Shown: positions 36,763 to 50,279, counted from the whole stretch's first letter. The stretch: 63,507 nt of DNA, filler included, from Sphacelaria rigidula (GCA_964200075.2; 11 parts of 11 records of this genome joined end to end with filler, not necessarily neighbours in it), one strand, 5' to 3'. Translations and numbers: made by a program. The notes: generated from the sequence alone by a model not told the origin.

Positions 36763-38689
36763 TAGGTCCTTCGTGTTGAGATGGCAACTGTCAGGAGACG
36801 AGTTTGGGCTCTATTCTTCAAGGCAGGTTCACCGCTTCGTGGCGTTGAAGCGTCGTGCGTCGCAGGACTTCAGGATGTGGATGACGTGGATGAGCGCCAA
36901 AAAGTGGTTGAAAGACGATGTGTGTGTATCATGCTACTTCTACTGGAAGTCTCAAGTAGTTAATACAGACTCAATCTGCAAGCGAAGATCAAGCAAAAAC
37001 GTGGCCTAAAACTGCAGAGCGAAGTCTGAGGGTACAGGCATGAAGCGGGCACCGGGAGGGTTTGCGTCGACACTCGCATCTCGCCCGCCCTTGACCCTTT
37101 CGTCTTTTCATACACACTTGAACCCAAATTTGTGATGCTATCCTGGAAATAATCTTCTTGCTCAGAAACACCCTTCAGTTTGGCTTTTACGTGCCCGCAA
37201 CATCAAAAGTTCGAAATATATTCCATTTTTGTCGTATTTCTCTCACACATATTCCGAAACCTCAGACGTTCCGATCCTGCCTACACGCTTTCTTGATTTT
37301 TATTACTTCAACCTCGAACACCCCGGCCCACTCGGAACTAGAAGCTAGAAGTACGGCTTGTAGTATCTTGAAATACCGTAACACAGTCCCTGTACCCCGG
37401 ACAAGGACTGTTTTATCTGGTTTTACCCCGATTCCCACATGCACGCTTCTTTTTTTTTAGCTAAAACTGGTTCAGCACGAAATAGTAACGCCTACGAGAA
37501 CTCGGCTCAGCACACTAGCCCATTCTGTGAACCTAAATTTCATCTCCTGTTCAGATGATTTTGGTGAACAAACTAGATCAAATCGTCCGGACTCTGGTGA
37601 GCCCCAATACTTCTACCGGATCACTCGAACCGGCCACGCAAACTCGTTAACCTAGAAAAGGAGAAACTCGAGAAGAACATGGCATCCACTCCTTCATTAC
37701 ACTTCTGAAAGCGGGACTCCACAAGTCGGTTCTCTCTATTGTAATCGATGCCTGTCATCAACCCACATAACTATTTCTCGAAGCGAGGAAAGAAAATCAG
37801 GTAAGCCATTTCATTGTTCTCCCGACGAAGCTTCCCTTCCTTCTCGATGTCATGTACCAATGCCAAACCACCCCACTCATCTACAATATTCTGATGTCCG
37901 TTTTCAGATACGATGATGTCCGATTATCTCCTTCCGTCCTTTTGTACATGAAAATGCCAGCACCGATACCCCATTTGGTTCCTAAAAGTGATAAGCTCTC
38001 CATACGAAAGTGAACATTGTAACGCTCCCCAAGGTCCAACATTCTCACGGTATGTGGTCGACTCTGCATCGCGGCATTCTCCTGAATACTCCTCACCTGG
38101 GTTACAATAGCTGCCAGCCTGCTTTCTGCATTTCTTGGTAGATATAGCAGCCGACAATTTGCGGGTAATGAACACGAGGGCCAGAATTTAAATCGCTTCG
38201 AATTTTATATCCTTCATTCACATTCGTTTTCCCCTTCCACGAGTCTCCACTCGCCTTGTCAAATTGACACGGTATTTGCAGTATGTCGAACTTTCTAGCT
38301 TATTCATTTTTTTATTTCTCATCGAGTAAGTGAGGATACACGACCGTATTGCTTCACGTCCTCCTCATGTTCCCACCTTGGCATTTTCCATTTTTTTCAA
38401 GTACGTCGAAAGTTGTGCTGAATTTTCCCTCCCAGCCCGCGGGATAAGCGGTGGGCTTCAGCCGACACGTGCCCAACGGCACCGACACATCATTCTCTGT
38501 GAGATGTAGCGGAGGCGACAATTCCGAGTGCTGGTTCAACACATATTGGGACCCCAGGTGAAGATTTCGGTGGTTCCGGATCGTCTTTTGGATTGTAGCA
38601 CCGTATACATCTCAACACAGAAATTCGGAGACGCATGACGTCCTCAGGCTATTTTTTCCGGATTTCAAGCAACAGTAGCTCTTCTCGCA

Positions 38690-39368
38690 CCAGCTCTCCT
38701 TTTTCTGAGACACCTGGTCTTACCATTAAGATTTTGTGCGGCCCTTTCTAGGAGTGAGGCAGTTTAGCCGATAAAGATGTCGTTCCCTCTTCTCGTACCG
38801 CACTTCCACCCGACATGATAGTACCCTTGGTATCGTGGACAAATTCTCAGTCACCTACTTCCCGCTCCGGCCGTCGATTCAGAGTTTCCTCCACTTGCTC
38901 CTTGTTCGACTTGTGTTTAGATTCGAGATATAGTCCTCCTACCTCACAAGATAATATGCTCAAGTTTGACGATCCCTCAACAACTTCGAATACTCCAGTT
39001 GATCTCGTCTGCAATCCTTGGTGTCGGGACACACCCCTTATCTCCAGGATGGTTATGGGTAACCGGGGATACCTCAAAATATGCCCCTCATTTGGCGCCA
39101 ACCCCACTCCCTTACTTACATTATTGTTGTGTGCAGAAATTGCGTGTAACAGCAGCTTGTCCCAGTCTTCCTGACCATCTGCCACCAGACACGACAACAT
39201 CTGACACAACGTGTGGTTTTGTCGCTCTACCATCCCATTAGTTCGTGGATGACACGCACTTGTGTATTGTCTCACGACTCCCAACATTCTATCGACAACC
39301 CTAGCTACTTTCGCCGTGAATTTCGTTCCTCGATCCGACAGTAACGTTTGAGGTAACCCATCTCCCAA
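38690..39368 (-). pseudogene. Ty3/Gypsy integrase fragment
   Basis: LPQTLLSDRGTKF...TSACHPRTNGMVERQNHTLCQML...DWD; downstream degenerate SAKLPHS*KGPHKIL (GPY/F-like). Confidence 0.85.
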
Positions 39369-40553
39369 CCCAGAATTTTACACAATCTTTTATTCCGACC
39401 CACCAGTGATATCGTTTCAACAGCGATAGCGTGGTACTTTCCCCCAAATGAATAGTTCATTTGTGGGTTTGGTCCGTTACCCAGGGTCTTAACAAAAATG
39501 GCACATACCTTCTGGTCGGCTCTTTTCCCAAATACATCTCAAATTTCCCAGGATTGCGGTTTCCCTTGACTGGGCATCGGCGTCGGCTGCTTCACCAATT
39601 AAAGACTTCCGTTCGACAGTTCCAAAAGTGTTCCATTCTTGAACATTGTTTTGAACCGGGATGAGCCAATTTGTGTGGAGATACCCTTTCTTGATCGTTA
39701 GTCAGCGTCGTCATTCGTGTTTTTTTCAAAGATTCGAAGGCAGTCCTAGACGTGATTTTTTCCTGGTGTATTTGAACCCAGTCTTTTGTCGATTTCTGGC
39801 ACAACTGTTATCCACAATTACAGGCTTCATCCGCTTCCAGAGTCGATGAGACCGGTATTAGTGGCCCCGCACTACTGCTTCCTACTTCTGTTATGGGTTC
39901 GATCACTGATACGGCTCTGTGCTTCGGAGGCTGTAGCAATTTTCTCCCTACTCACGTGATCGGACATGCATCCAAGATTAAGCCGTATTCCCATTGTCCA
40001 CTGACCATGTTACTCATCTGGAAAAAAATTGACGGGGAATCATTCGGTGCCACGTACGAAGGCTTGTCCGCTCTTTTTCTTCCTATTCTACTCGCATTAC
40101 TTCCGCCCTGCTCACTCTTCGTACCTAAATCCATTGTTGGTCAGCTTCTTCAGAAGTCGTGAGTGGTACTGCGCTTACTTCTTTCCCCCCATTTTTCAAA
40201 ATCGATCCAGGGTCCAGCCCATTAAAGTTTTGATCGTGGGAACTCACTGCAGATTCTAAATGCCCATCCCTGGTCAGGCTTGTAAAATTGCTCGGCCGGA
40301 CACCACTAAACAGCCGATTTTCGAAAATGAGGTTGGAAACAAAAATGAGGTTCAACTCAAAAGTCGTGCTTTCCCTGACNNNNNNNNNNNNNNNNNNNNN
40401 NNNNNNNNNNNNNNNNNNNNNNNTTAATTAATTAANNNNNNNNNNNNNNNNNNNNNNNNNNNNNNNNNNNNNNNNNNNNGGGGGGGGGGGGGGTGGGGGG
40501 TGGTGAGAGGTAGGAAAGGGGGGGGGGTGGGGTGCGGGGGGAGGGGGGGGGGA

Positions 40554-40586
<33 letters not shown>

Positions 40587-41380
40587 CGTGAAGGAGGCTG
40601 GCCCCAAGGCATTGTACGAAAGGTCATGAAAATTAGCCGCACTGACGTGAACTGTCCATGCACGATTCCAATCCTGCAGGTGGAGTGCGGCACGTACGTG
40701 GGCCAGAGATGTGGATGCGTGTTCTTCGGCTCGGCCCGGCAAAACTGCGGATGGAAGGTCAATATTTGAATGCAAACCATCTGCAGGAATAGTACCATCG
40801 TGTTTTTCCTGAATATGCGCCAGTTCATCGTGCTTACTGCAGCAGGAACCGGGCGGCATCAGGAGACGTGGCGCACGCCGCTGGCGAACATCTGCGTAGA
40901 CCATTCTCTGCGGTTTTTGTCGAGCATGTACGGGATGACCACGTTTTTCTTTATACCTAGCGACTTCGGTGGTATGCTCAGTGCGACTTTCCCGACCAAC
41001 CTCGGGCTCACAGGTAGTACACTAGTCTGCAAGCACACCCGGCGAGTTTTGTGACCGGGTATTCTTTAATATTCTCGCAAATCTTCTTTGCTAGCGATCA
41101 AAGTGCTAGTCGATAAACATCGCAAAAATAGACAGGTCGTGCTCAGGACACAATCCCCAAGTTGGTGTTGTCGGGGTGATACGGAGTAAGACCGCGTTTA
41201 TCAGGAGGGTGTTATTGACCGTAACTGGTAAAGAAACACAGTATTTCCGCTCTAGCGCAATAAATAGGTAGAACTTCAGGAAAAGAGTTCCTTTTAGCTG
41301 TTTGTTCACAAGACCGGTCGAGATTGATTAATTTGAGCAAAAATGTCGAATAGCCAGAATCTGGGCCTGTGTAGTCGCAG

Positions 41381-41403
41381 GGCCCCCGAGAACTGCTTAC
41401 CCG
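41381..41403 (+). CDS. 23-nt microexon of the PAS-domain gene (GPRELLT/R)
   Basis: cgcag acceptor and consensus gtaagt donor; its phase-2 end matches the phase-2 start of the next exon. Confidence 0.5.
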
Positions 41404-41715
41404 GTAAGTAAGTCGTTCAATATTGGGCGCAGGAGTGTTTTTTTCTCGAAACGTGAAGCGGACGCTAGTATTTCCTGATGTCCAAACTTCGGGATTACAT
41501 TTTTACTGTGATGAGCGGTGGCACGCGAAAAATCGACACAACACCCAATTACCCAAAACATCGACTAGTTTGCTTGCAGAGTACTGTAGCTGTGGTTACC
41601 TACTTAGCCATCTCGCACGCAACCATACCTGTCGTGGCCTGTTGCTACCGTTCAAAAAGTGAGTGAAATGAGTCCGCTCGGCTGAAAGTACGACGATGCT
41701 GTCTCTCTGCTATAG

Positions 41716-41877
41716 GGTGTCGTGGGGTGCTGCTGCTGCTGCGGCGGCGACCGTTGCTGCGCCAGAAATACTGGCTTCGTTTGTCGGCTCGCCTGCTGGA
41801 CAAGAAATGATATCCTGTGAGACCGGAAGGATCATCCTGGGAGGGAGTACCGTGGAGGAGGAGCCGGCCCTCGCTAG
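41716..41877 (+). CDS. Exon of the PAS-domain gene (VSWGAAAAAAATVAAPEIL...EEEPALA)
   Basis: ctctctgctatag acceptor, gtagtt donor, phase 2/2, open frame. Confidence 0.65.
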
Positions 41878-42294
41878 GTAGTTGGGTATGTTTCAATCTG
41901 AGGAATCGTTCTGCGGTAGGAGGAGGCAGGCATTTCCCCTGAAACGAATGGGCAGCGGAGGGGCTGGAGATATTTTATCGTGTGCCATTCTTGGCTTCAC
42001 CTAATTAACATACTCATGAACATGTTGCGCGTAGGTGATGTCGGTACCCAAAAGTTTGAGGAGATCGACGCTGTTGACTGTCGACGCCGGCATGTGATCA
42101 CGGCAAACAGCTTTCGTACGTTTTATAGGCATAAAGTGTAGGCTCTCACGTTGTTGATTAGATGAAAATCGCATGTGGCTCCTTCATGGGTATGATGCAC
42201 TACTCCTAGCCTCGCAGAGTCTCAACGTACCCCGTTCCCCATCCACTTCCCTGCTTTCTCCGACCCACCGAATACGTGTCGTGACGATTCAAAG

Positions 42295-42571
42295 ATCTAG
42301 ACGTCCATGGAGGACGCTTTTCGAGCGATCCCTCGGACCGTTACCGCACGGGGCCGTGCTCAGCCTCGCCGAAAAAACGCGACACAACGAAGACGTTGAC
42401 GGCGGTCCGGAGGTCGTTGCGTCCGCAGGCAAGGTCGTGTGGGCCAACGAGGGCTTTGAAAGACTGGCCGGTGTCGATGCGACCGACGTGGTGGGGCAAA
42501 ATCTGGCATCATTACTCGATGTTGGTCTCGAGGAGGGCAAAGAGTTGACTTTGAGCTTGGAACTCGGACAG
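42295..42571 (+). CDS. Exon encoding the N-terminal half of a PAS domain
   Basis: GKVVWANEGFERLAGVDATDVVGQNLASLL fits the PAS pattern (I-x-x-N-x-x-F-x-x-L-x-G...V-G-x-N); phase-2 acceptor (alternative at 42301); gtaaat donor, phase 0. Confidence 0.75.
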
Positions 42572-43112
42572 GTAAATGGATAGTTGCGGACGTTTCCGTG
42601 ATTGGGAAAGGGGACACTAGCGGCGGGTGGGCAAGGCGGAGCAGCGGATGAGCGATGCACCAAAGTACTAGGGCCGAGGTTGTGGCCTTTGTTAGTACAC
42701 GTCCTCATGAAGTGCTTGTACCGTGGTGTTCATACAAGTGACCCAGCTCGTGCTTCGATGGGGGTTTAGAGTTGGTTTGATTGCTTCGGCCGGATCATGG
42801 CATACACCGAGCCCCGCGAAGCATCTGTGTGGTCGCCTCCTGCGTTGAGGCGGGAGTTTGCGTTCGAATGTCCACTCTTCCCGACGATCACAGAGGCCGC
42901 TCGCACCTAACCTCATTGATACTTCGAGCACCTCTAAGCAACATGGTAGTATGTATTTATTCCTCGGTACTTTTTCTTGTCGTCACAACACAAATCTCGC
43001 TTTGAAGATCCCCGTAAAATGACGCGACGGTATTGCCACAGTCGAGTACTATACTTTCCCGCTATATACGAATCCGGCTTCGGATACGATTGATGCCAAA
43101 CCGTTCCTTCAG

Positions 43113-44708
43113 GGCTGCGTGCTGTGGATGACGATGGCGGTTGGGCAGGGGTCAGACATCACTGACGTACTTTGCCTTCACCAGCCAGTGACAGTTCCGC
43201 CTGAGCTCAGCGACGAGGGCAACTACTCCGTACTTCTCCTCTTTGATACCGTCTCCGACTCGTTGCAAGTCAACGACGAAGAGGCGCAGGAAAGCGATAG
43301 AAATGAGGAGAGAGCGCGAAATGACGACGGCGACGACAACGACGTAACGAACTATAATCAAGAACGACATCGACATTCTCCCGAAATGCCACCGAATGAA
43401 TATGGAGGTGACGACTGGGCGCGACGGCATTGTTGTAGCGCCTTGTCCACTGCAATGGTGCACCTTCTGACCGCTAGCACTGTCAATACCGAAGGGGCTG
43501 CGCATTTCCTTCACGAGGAAAACGAACTGAACAATGGCGGTGGCCTACGTTGGCGAGAATTCGAAATGGGCAGTGTGGAGAAGCTTGCCGCGGGATCAAC
43601 AACGATAGGGCAAGCAGAAGGGGCTGGTCGTACCCGGCGAAGAGCCACTCAATCGCTGGATGGGTGGCCGCCACCGTCGGTGAAGTTAGAAGACCGAACA
43701 CCGACAATCTCAACGCCCGCCGTCGTGTCTACTGGGCGACGGTGGTCGGGTGACATGGCTGCTGCTGAAGATGTGTCCAGGGCTATGGATGTAGCAGTAG
43801 GGTACTCATCTGAGGACTTTAGCCCTGGGCCAAGGGGCGATTTGGTGCAATCTCTGGAACATATAACCACTGATGCGTGTGGAACGGAGGACGTAGTGGA
43901 CCCAATAGAGAAAAAGAGCGAGGAGCTGGTCGGTGACGGTGGTCTTGTGTGTAGTGAACCTCGGGAGGACGTACATATTCGGCAATACGCCCCTGGAGAT
44001 AATTTTGCGGAGCAGGTCGACGAAATTGGTGGGGGCAGGGATCCGATCGACTGTGATGACGATGACGACGGTGGTAGCGGAGGTGATCCGTACGAGGACG
44101 ATTTTTTTAGCGATGTATCTTCTCCATCGTTTGACAAAGTCGACACTAACGGTAGTATCACCGGAAAAAGCACCGACGGCGTCATGCAAGATTCGACCGA
44201 CACTGCAGCGGAACAGAGTAGGGAGTCGAAGACTTTGGAATCAGGTCCGATGTCCCCTGTCACCATGGTCACCGCTGCACGAGACTGGCAGGATGGAGGG
44301 GGAATTCAATCACCACCACTGTGGCGAGAAACAGATGCAGATGATCCATGTTGGTCAGTATCACCAGGGGTGCGATGGCCCAGTGGTGATGGTTTAAGTT
44401 CAGAGGAGGGACCTGGGGGTGGGAGTGTGGGTAAAGGCGGCGGGGGTGACAACGTCCCGCCGCCGGTAAGCGAGCAAATAGAAAGGGGTTCATCCTGGTC
44501 AGACGGTATTGTAGAATATGACGAGTCATGGGTCGCTTCGGGAGCCAGGGACAACATTAGAGATAGTGGTACTACGAAGAGCCGCGACGGCCGGGACGAT
44601 GGGGGGGGGGGGGCGAATGTCACCACACAAGAACGGGTGCAGTCGACAGGTCTCGGTAGCGGGGAAATCGTTGATGCTACTGCAAGGTGGCGAGGCAGCA
44701 GAGCGTAA
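43113..44708 (+). CDS. Terminal exon: PAS/PAC C-terminal strands plus a long acidic low-complexity tail
   Basis: ttccttcag acceptor is in frame with the 529-aa ORF; GCVLWMTMAV...HQPVTV...GNYSVLLLFD; ends at TAA. Confidence 0.75.
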   Translation, partial: GCVLWMTMAVGQGSDITDVLCLHQPVTVPPELSDEGNYSVLLLFDTVSDSLQVNDEEAQESDRNEERARNDDGDDNDVTNYNQERHRHSPEMPPNEYGGDDWARRHCCSALSTAMVHLLTASTVNTEGAAHFLHEENELNNGGGLRWREFEMGSVEKLAAGSTTIGQAEGAGRTRRRATQSLDGWPPPSVKLEDRTPTISTPAVVSTGRRWSGDMAAAEDVSRAMDVAVGYSSEDFSPGPRGDLVQSLEHITTDACGTEDVVDPIEKKSEELVGDGGLVCSEPREDVHIRQYAPGDNFAEQVDEIGGGRDPIDCDDDDDGGSGGDPYEDDFFSDVSSPSFDKVDTNGSITGKSTDGVMQDSTDTAAEQSRESKTLESGPMSPVTMVTAARDWQDGGGIQSPPLWRETDADDPCWSVSPGVRWPSGDGLSSEEGPGGGSVGKGGGGDNVPPPVSEQIERGSSWSDGIVEYDESWVASGARDNIRDSGTTKSRDGRDDGGGGANVTTQERVQSTGLGSGEIVDATARWRGSRA

Positions 44709-45639
44709 TGACAGCATTTCTACCTTTTTCGGGGGAGTAACCACGTCTACGACAGAACTGAACAGCACTTCCGAACATGTGCGGGACAAAACGTTGGTCA
44801 ATCGTTGCCAGAAGTTCGGCCAGTGGAACAACTTCCTCCAATCCTGGCAGGTGTCCTGCCAGTTTACACCAACCTCCCCAAACATTGCCAGGTATTCCGC
44901 TGTAACAGTACTTTGGAACAACTCCCCGAGCGTTGTCAGATCCCCGCAGCCGAAAACGATGTCCCCAAACATCGCCGAAATCTTCCGGTTAGAAACCCCT
45001 TTCCAAGCGTTGCCAGATGTGGGGCAGTCGAAAACAGCTCTCCCGAACGCGACCACATATATTCCAGTTACTCTGCCCAGAACCTTGAATGTTGTCAGAT
45101 ATCTTCCACTTTGGAAGCGATTTGCGACGAGCTCACCGTTGCAGAGAAGTAGTGGGCGCTGGTGTTACCACACATACCCTAGTGATGTCACAGCCACAAT
45201 CCTGTGACTCAGCTCTTTTCCACTTTGGCGCGAGTGAGGGATTGTGGGGTTGCTTGACTGTGCGTGCGTGCTGACGGGGAGTCACCCTCTTTCAGTTGTC
45301 CCTATTGCTGTTATGTTTTCATCGTATGACATGTATCAAACACATATTTTTATTCTTGTATGCGTGGTATGCATGCGGGCATGCGTGCACGATGTTGGGC
45401 GAAATAAATTCATCCGGTAGACACGGAAATAATACAGGACGACGAAAATAAACTTTAAAATACGAAGGAATGTATACTTATGTATACGGTACTATCCGTA
45501 ATGATGTACAAGCAGTGCATACATACCTACTTGTATACAAATACACAGTATTTCTGTTGCTTCGAAACTTTCACACGTCGGATAACTTAACTCAGGTTAA
45601 CACGAGTGAATTCTGTTTAGCACAACTCACCAATGAGTT

Positions 45640-46050
45640 ATACTTGGAGCAGCATCAATCAGCGGTGCCCATTCTGGCCAGGTGAGTTATACAGCATAAC
45701 TCAGCGATGCAAATTCTGGCCAGGCGACTTATAAACTATAACTCAACGGTGCCAATTCTGGCCGGGCGAGTTATAAACTAACTGTAACTTATCGATGCAT
45801 ATCTTGGTCAGGTGAGTTTATGCATCGATTAGTTATAAAATATAACTCAACGATGCACATTCTGATTGGGTGAGTTATAAACTGACTGTAACTTACCGAT
45901 GCATATCATGGTCAGGTGAGTTACGAACTAGAACTCAGCGGTGCACATTCTGGTCGGGTGAGTTATAAACTGCAACTATTCGATGCATAATTTGGTCAAG
46001 TGAGTTATAAACTAGAACTCATCAGTGCACATTCTAGCTACGTGAGTCAT
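45640..46050. repeat. ~42-47-bp degenerate minisatellite, roughly 9-10 copies
   Basis: Unit gtgagttataaacta(t/g)aactca(a/g)cg(a/g)tgca..ttctgg(c/t)cag. Confidence 0.85.
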
Positions 46051-47474
46051 AAAGCATAGTCACTGAGTTTGGTAGCTCGAACAGTTAACAGCCGATTTTC
46101 AATTTTGGGTCTCATACAAAATATGGGGTTGAAGTGGCTTTTCTCTCTTGCACGGAAGACCNNNNNNNNNNNNNNNNNNNNNNNNNNNNNNNNNNNNNNN
46201 NNNNNTTAATTAATTAANNNNNNNNNNNNNNNNNNNNNNNNNNNNNNNNNNNNNNNNNNNNAAGAGAGTATGCAGCGGCAGCTGCTGCTTCAGTCGGAGA
46301 GGCGTACTACAGTGTACTGTCCTATACTGTTGTGCTGATACCCTTCGAAGAGAATTTGCCGCATGCAACACAGTGGGGCAATGGCGGCCCGCCCCGACCA
46401 CAAAGGGCTGTGTGGCAAGGTGATGGGGACGAAAGTATCATCCAAACCCATAGGTGGCGGGCGGTCGCCGCATCCTGTTGGAAGCTCTGTACCGCGACAC
46501 ATACTGCTTGCTACATCAGATGTACACCACCTAATGCGCACCCTGCACCTGAAAACAGACGAGATGAAATTTTCGGTCTTCGTCATAACCCTGCAGTTAC
46601 ATACGCGGATTTTCAGCAACACTTCACTGTTTCGTTTAAACGCCAGACACGTCATTCCTCACCAGCCTCATTGCTTGTTCTGGAGGCCCGGTCCCAAAAG
46701 GGTTCAGGGCATCAATCAGTTTTCAGGTATCAGTAAAACGCTCTTAACTCATGAAAGAAAACAAAAAACCTGTTGGTACCGACGTAATTTTTTTGTTATG
46801 CCCTATGCCATACCAAATTTTACGCTCCAACTCTAAACATTTACCGGCGCATGGGCCTGCAAACTTCAAATCCGCCTCTAGGCTGGCCCAGCTGGTAATA
46901 CGCGTGATTGGCGCCTGTTGTGGCTACTTTCCTGCGGTTGTTGTGTACTCTGAGTAATGCAAACGTGTACTCCCTGTGTTGAAGCCCCTTGATCCCTGTG
47001 GTATGCCATGTCCTGTGGTCTATATATCAGGGTTGGCGATGTCTTCCTTGGTGTTGATTGATGGCTTGGGTCGCCTAATACTGGTTATGGCGCTCGAACA
47101 GTCCACACATCGGTATGTTCACCTGAGGTACTGCAGAAAACAGGCAGTTCAGCGTGATTGGCTCAAGTGGGCGAGGGTATGCACATCTCCACGCACGGCA
47201 GTCAGACCGGCCAGAAGTCCAGACTCTCACAATGGCAGTGTGCACCCCGCCAGGCTATTTAGGCTACGCCAAGTGTCTGAAGTCAATTGAATATCAGCTT
47301 CTCAGCTGATATTTAGAAGAGTGCCATGTGAGGCATGAGGACAGCTCCTCACCACGAATCGAGTCAATCAGTAGCGCTTGTCCCCATTATGTAATGTTCC
47401 ACTCACCTCTTGTGGGGAATAACCATTTCAAGACGTGGTATGACGTTATTGTTCACAACAGTATTTTGTTTGAT

Positions 47475-47690
47475 CGTGATTGATCAATTGATTGTCGCAC
47501 TTTAACGGATTCCCAGGAGTCATGATCCAGCCGTGGTCATGATCCTCATGATGGACACGATAGACTTACCCGAGACTGAACAAAAGTGAAACATCCGCTG
47601 TAGAAGAGTGAAGGAAACAGAAAAGGCAGAGCAGACAAAGAGAGTAGACGAAAAAATGGAAATATTGGTTTGGTGTACCATATTTTTTGT
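47475..47690 (-). mobile_element. LINE/SINE-like 3' end, relative of 25120-25276
   Basis: Reverse complement contains cggctggatcatgactcctgg...caatcaattgatcaat. Confidence 0.5.
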
Positions 47691-50114
47691 CTGGGGCATC
47701 GAACTGCTCCCCCAAATAAGTTTTGTTTGAGAATTTTCGTAGACAGTCATTCCTGGGTCTAGGTTTACTGTCTGGCCGCACGTAACAGAATGGTGAACTC
47801 GAACAACATAGTGTCTGTGTGTGCTATTATTTAGAGTGAGGAATATAACCATAGTATGCCGAGAAAATAGGTTGATGGCAGTCCCAGGGTTGATGGATCT
47901 GGGGCACTAGAAGTCGATAAATAGGTTGTAACATCGTATTTTTCGCATGCCGCCTTTCCTTCCTCCGGAGGAGAAGACTTCGACTTTTTGGCCCAAAACG
48001 TTTCAGGAAAGAACAGTCTCGATCGATGTGTTTCTTCCGTTCGTCGTGCCCATTTAAAAGTGGTACGAGCCACCCTTTGCTTCTTTCGCTCAGCAATGAT
48101 AGCGGGTTCCACTAGCTCAGTAGGTACCAAGCAACCAAGACGCTTGTCAACGTTGAATGCACGAAAACATGACCTCGTCCATCCCACATTTGGCTGGGAG
48201 CCCATCGATATGCACGAGCGCGCGCATACTGCTGAAATTGTTGTTTACTTCAGTGATGTTATACTGTACTGCAGACTCCCGCTACAAACAACTGCATGCA
48301 GGAGCAAAGTACTCTCGATGCACCCAGAAACATTGCCGTCTCGCAGCCTCTGGAGTCAGGACGCCTGTAGCCAAACTTGGCTCTAGTATGGGCCAACTAG
48401 TTTCTATGAGCTATATTTATAGTGTCTTTTAACTTTACGGGCACCCTCGGTTCCACAGTATAGAGAACCCTATAGAAAACCCTGCGCCTAGAGTGCAGCA
48501 GTGCACTTTTATTGAATAGGCGTCACGTTCACTTGATGGAATAATTGCAAGGCTACTTGTCCGTCTTCGGGCGTTTTGAGGCTAAAGTCCCTTTTCCAAG
48601 TATGGCACCGATACGACGTTTAGTATCACATGCCATCAGCGCCTTTGCCTGTCGCGGTAAAGGTCGGTATGTTCAGGTGCATCGGCCCGTGGAAGGTGTA
48701 GTGCTCGAACTGACCTTCCGCTAACGGGCACCTTTCGATAGTGCTTGCTGTACAACGTAGACAAGAAGTGGTACCTCCAGATTAGTTTTCGGGGGAGATG
48801 GGGCGGGGGGGGCGTGCTAATTTTCTGCTTGCCTTAGTCGTTTGAGCATTGACCACGCACCCCTTTCGAGATAAAGGAGGGGGGGTGGGGGTTACCCGAA
48901 AATGCCCCGAAAACAACTCACGGTTCTCGCTGCTACCTCGGTGCTCGCATCTGTAGTCGGGGCCGCAACCCCAATCCCGGCCACTAGAAGAAATTCAATG
49001 GTGCAGGCGCCCCTTCATCACACCTGCCGAAGTAAAGGACAAGACTAAAATGAAACCAACATGAGCACAGCTACTCATGTACCCTACCCACTTGTCTAGT
49101 GACACTTTTAGCTAGCGGGTACGCAGGAGCCCTCAGCGCTTTTTACATGGCTATGCCGCAAGGGAAATCTATCACGCGGTTCCTGCCAATTGTATGGTCT
49201 TTGTTTCAGGCATTTATTTGAAACGAATCGATATCCGACTCCTACTTACGGCATCGCCGAACGTCGTCGTCTATTTGAACACTTGAGTAGTACCCACTGT
49301 GAGTACCCACTGTGAAAGCATCGCGGCTATCTGTACAGAGCCATGTTGCACGTAGAGCGCACGGATTCATCGCTGCAACACGCCAGTAGTCTTCTCTTCA
49401 ACGGAAAAAGCCTGTATCTAGGGGGCACAAATGGGGAGGGAGAAAGGGGGCAGTGCGGTTGTGTCTTGTGTGTATCGGGGAGCGCTCGCATGGTCGCTCG
49501 TTGCTTCTGTCATCATGCGGGCCTTTCATCATGATTTACCCCATGACCCGTGTCCCCATCCTCGACTCATCTATTTAGTGACACTACTGTTAAGGGGAAG
49601 GCACACGCGAGGCGCTCGTTAGCGACGTTCAGTACAGTGTGATGCGAATATTGAGATTGAAATTGTAAGAGCTTTAGATGAGGGTAGATTAAGCGCATGC
49701 TGGAATATATTTATCGCACCGTTACAGTGGCCTGACTGAACGTCATGCTACGTACATTTCGCGCACGCACTGGAATCCTGATATTTTTTTATCATGAGGG
49801 GCGATGCGATCCCATGACTGACGTTCAGTATAGTACTGGCGGCTTCGTCGAACAGCTTGTCGGCGTATCTAGCCGCGGTACATAGTGCCCGTCTTGCCTC
49901 ACAAGAACACCTCAGGTGTGATCACACGGAGAATGCCCTTTTGCGGTCTCCGTATCCCCACAACACTAGGACAAACAGCGAAAAGAGAGCAGGGCGTATG
50001 CATCAACGCATCCTTGAATCAGGACACCTTCATGTTTCACCCGCTGCGCTATGTGTATTTCCAACGTTGATATTTTTGTTGATGCCGGTGTCCGCTATTC
50101 ATGATGGCGTGCAG

Positions 50115-50279
50115 GAGCTGCTGGAGCTGAAGCAGCTGTATGAAAAGGCAGCGGGGAAGCCATACGGGCCGCCTCCGAGCCCGAGCAAAGGCAAGGGCAA
50201 GAGTACGAGTGACAGTAAGGGAGACAAGGCTCAAGAAAAGCACCTGGACACCAAGAAGGCGTCTAAGGAGGCCAAGAGG
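50115..50279 (+). CDS. Exon: C-terminal half of a WHEP-TRS-like domain plus Lys-rich linker (probable aspartyl-tRNA synthetase)
   Basis: ELLELKQLYEKAAGKPYGPP resembles the WHEP second helix (LL-x-LK-x-x-Y-x-x-x-x-G-x-x-Y-x-P); gtgcag/gtgagc splice sites; 165 nt, phase 0/0. Confidence 0.75.

Noticed and set aside
40480..40586. Gly/Pro-rich ORFs or G-quadruplex element (also 34705-34742, 59600-59800)
   Set aside because: G/A homopolymer runs next to gaps look like low-quality sequence artefacts.
42430..42520. LOV/aureochrome photoreceptor
   Set aside because: The GRNCRFLQ motif with its flavin-binding cysteine is absent, and no bZIP is seen.
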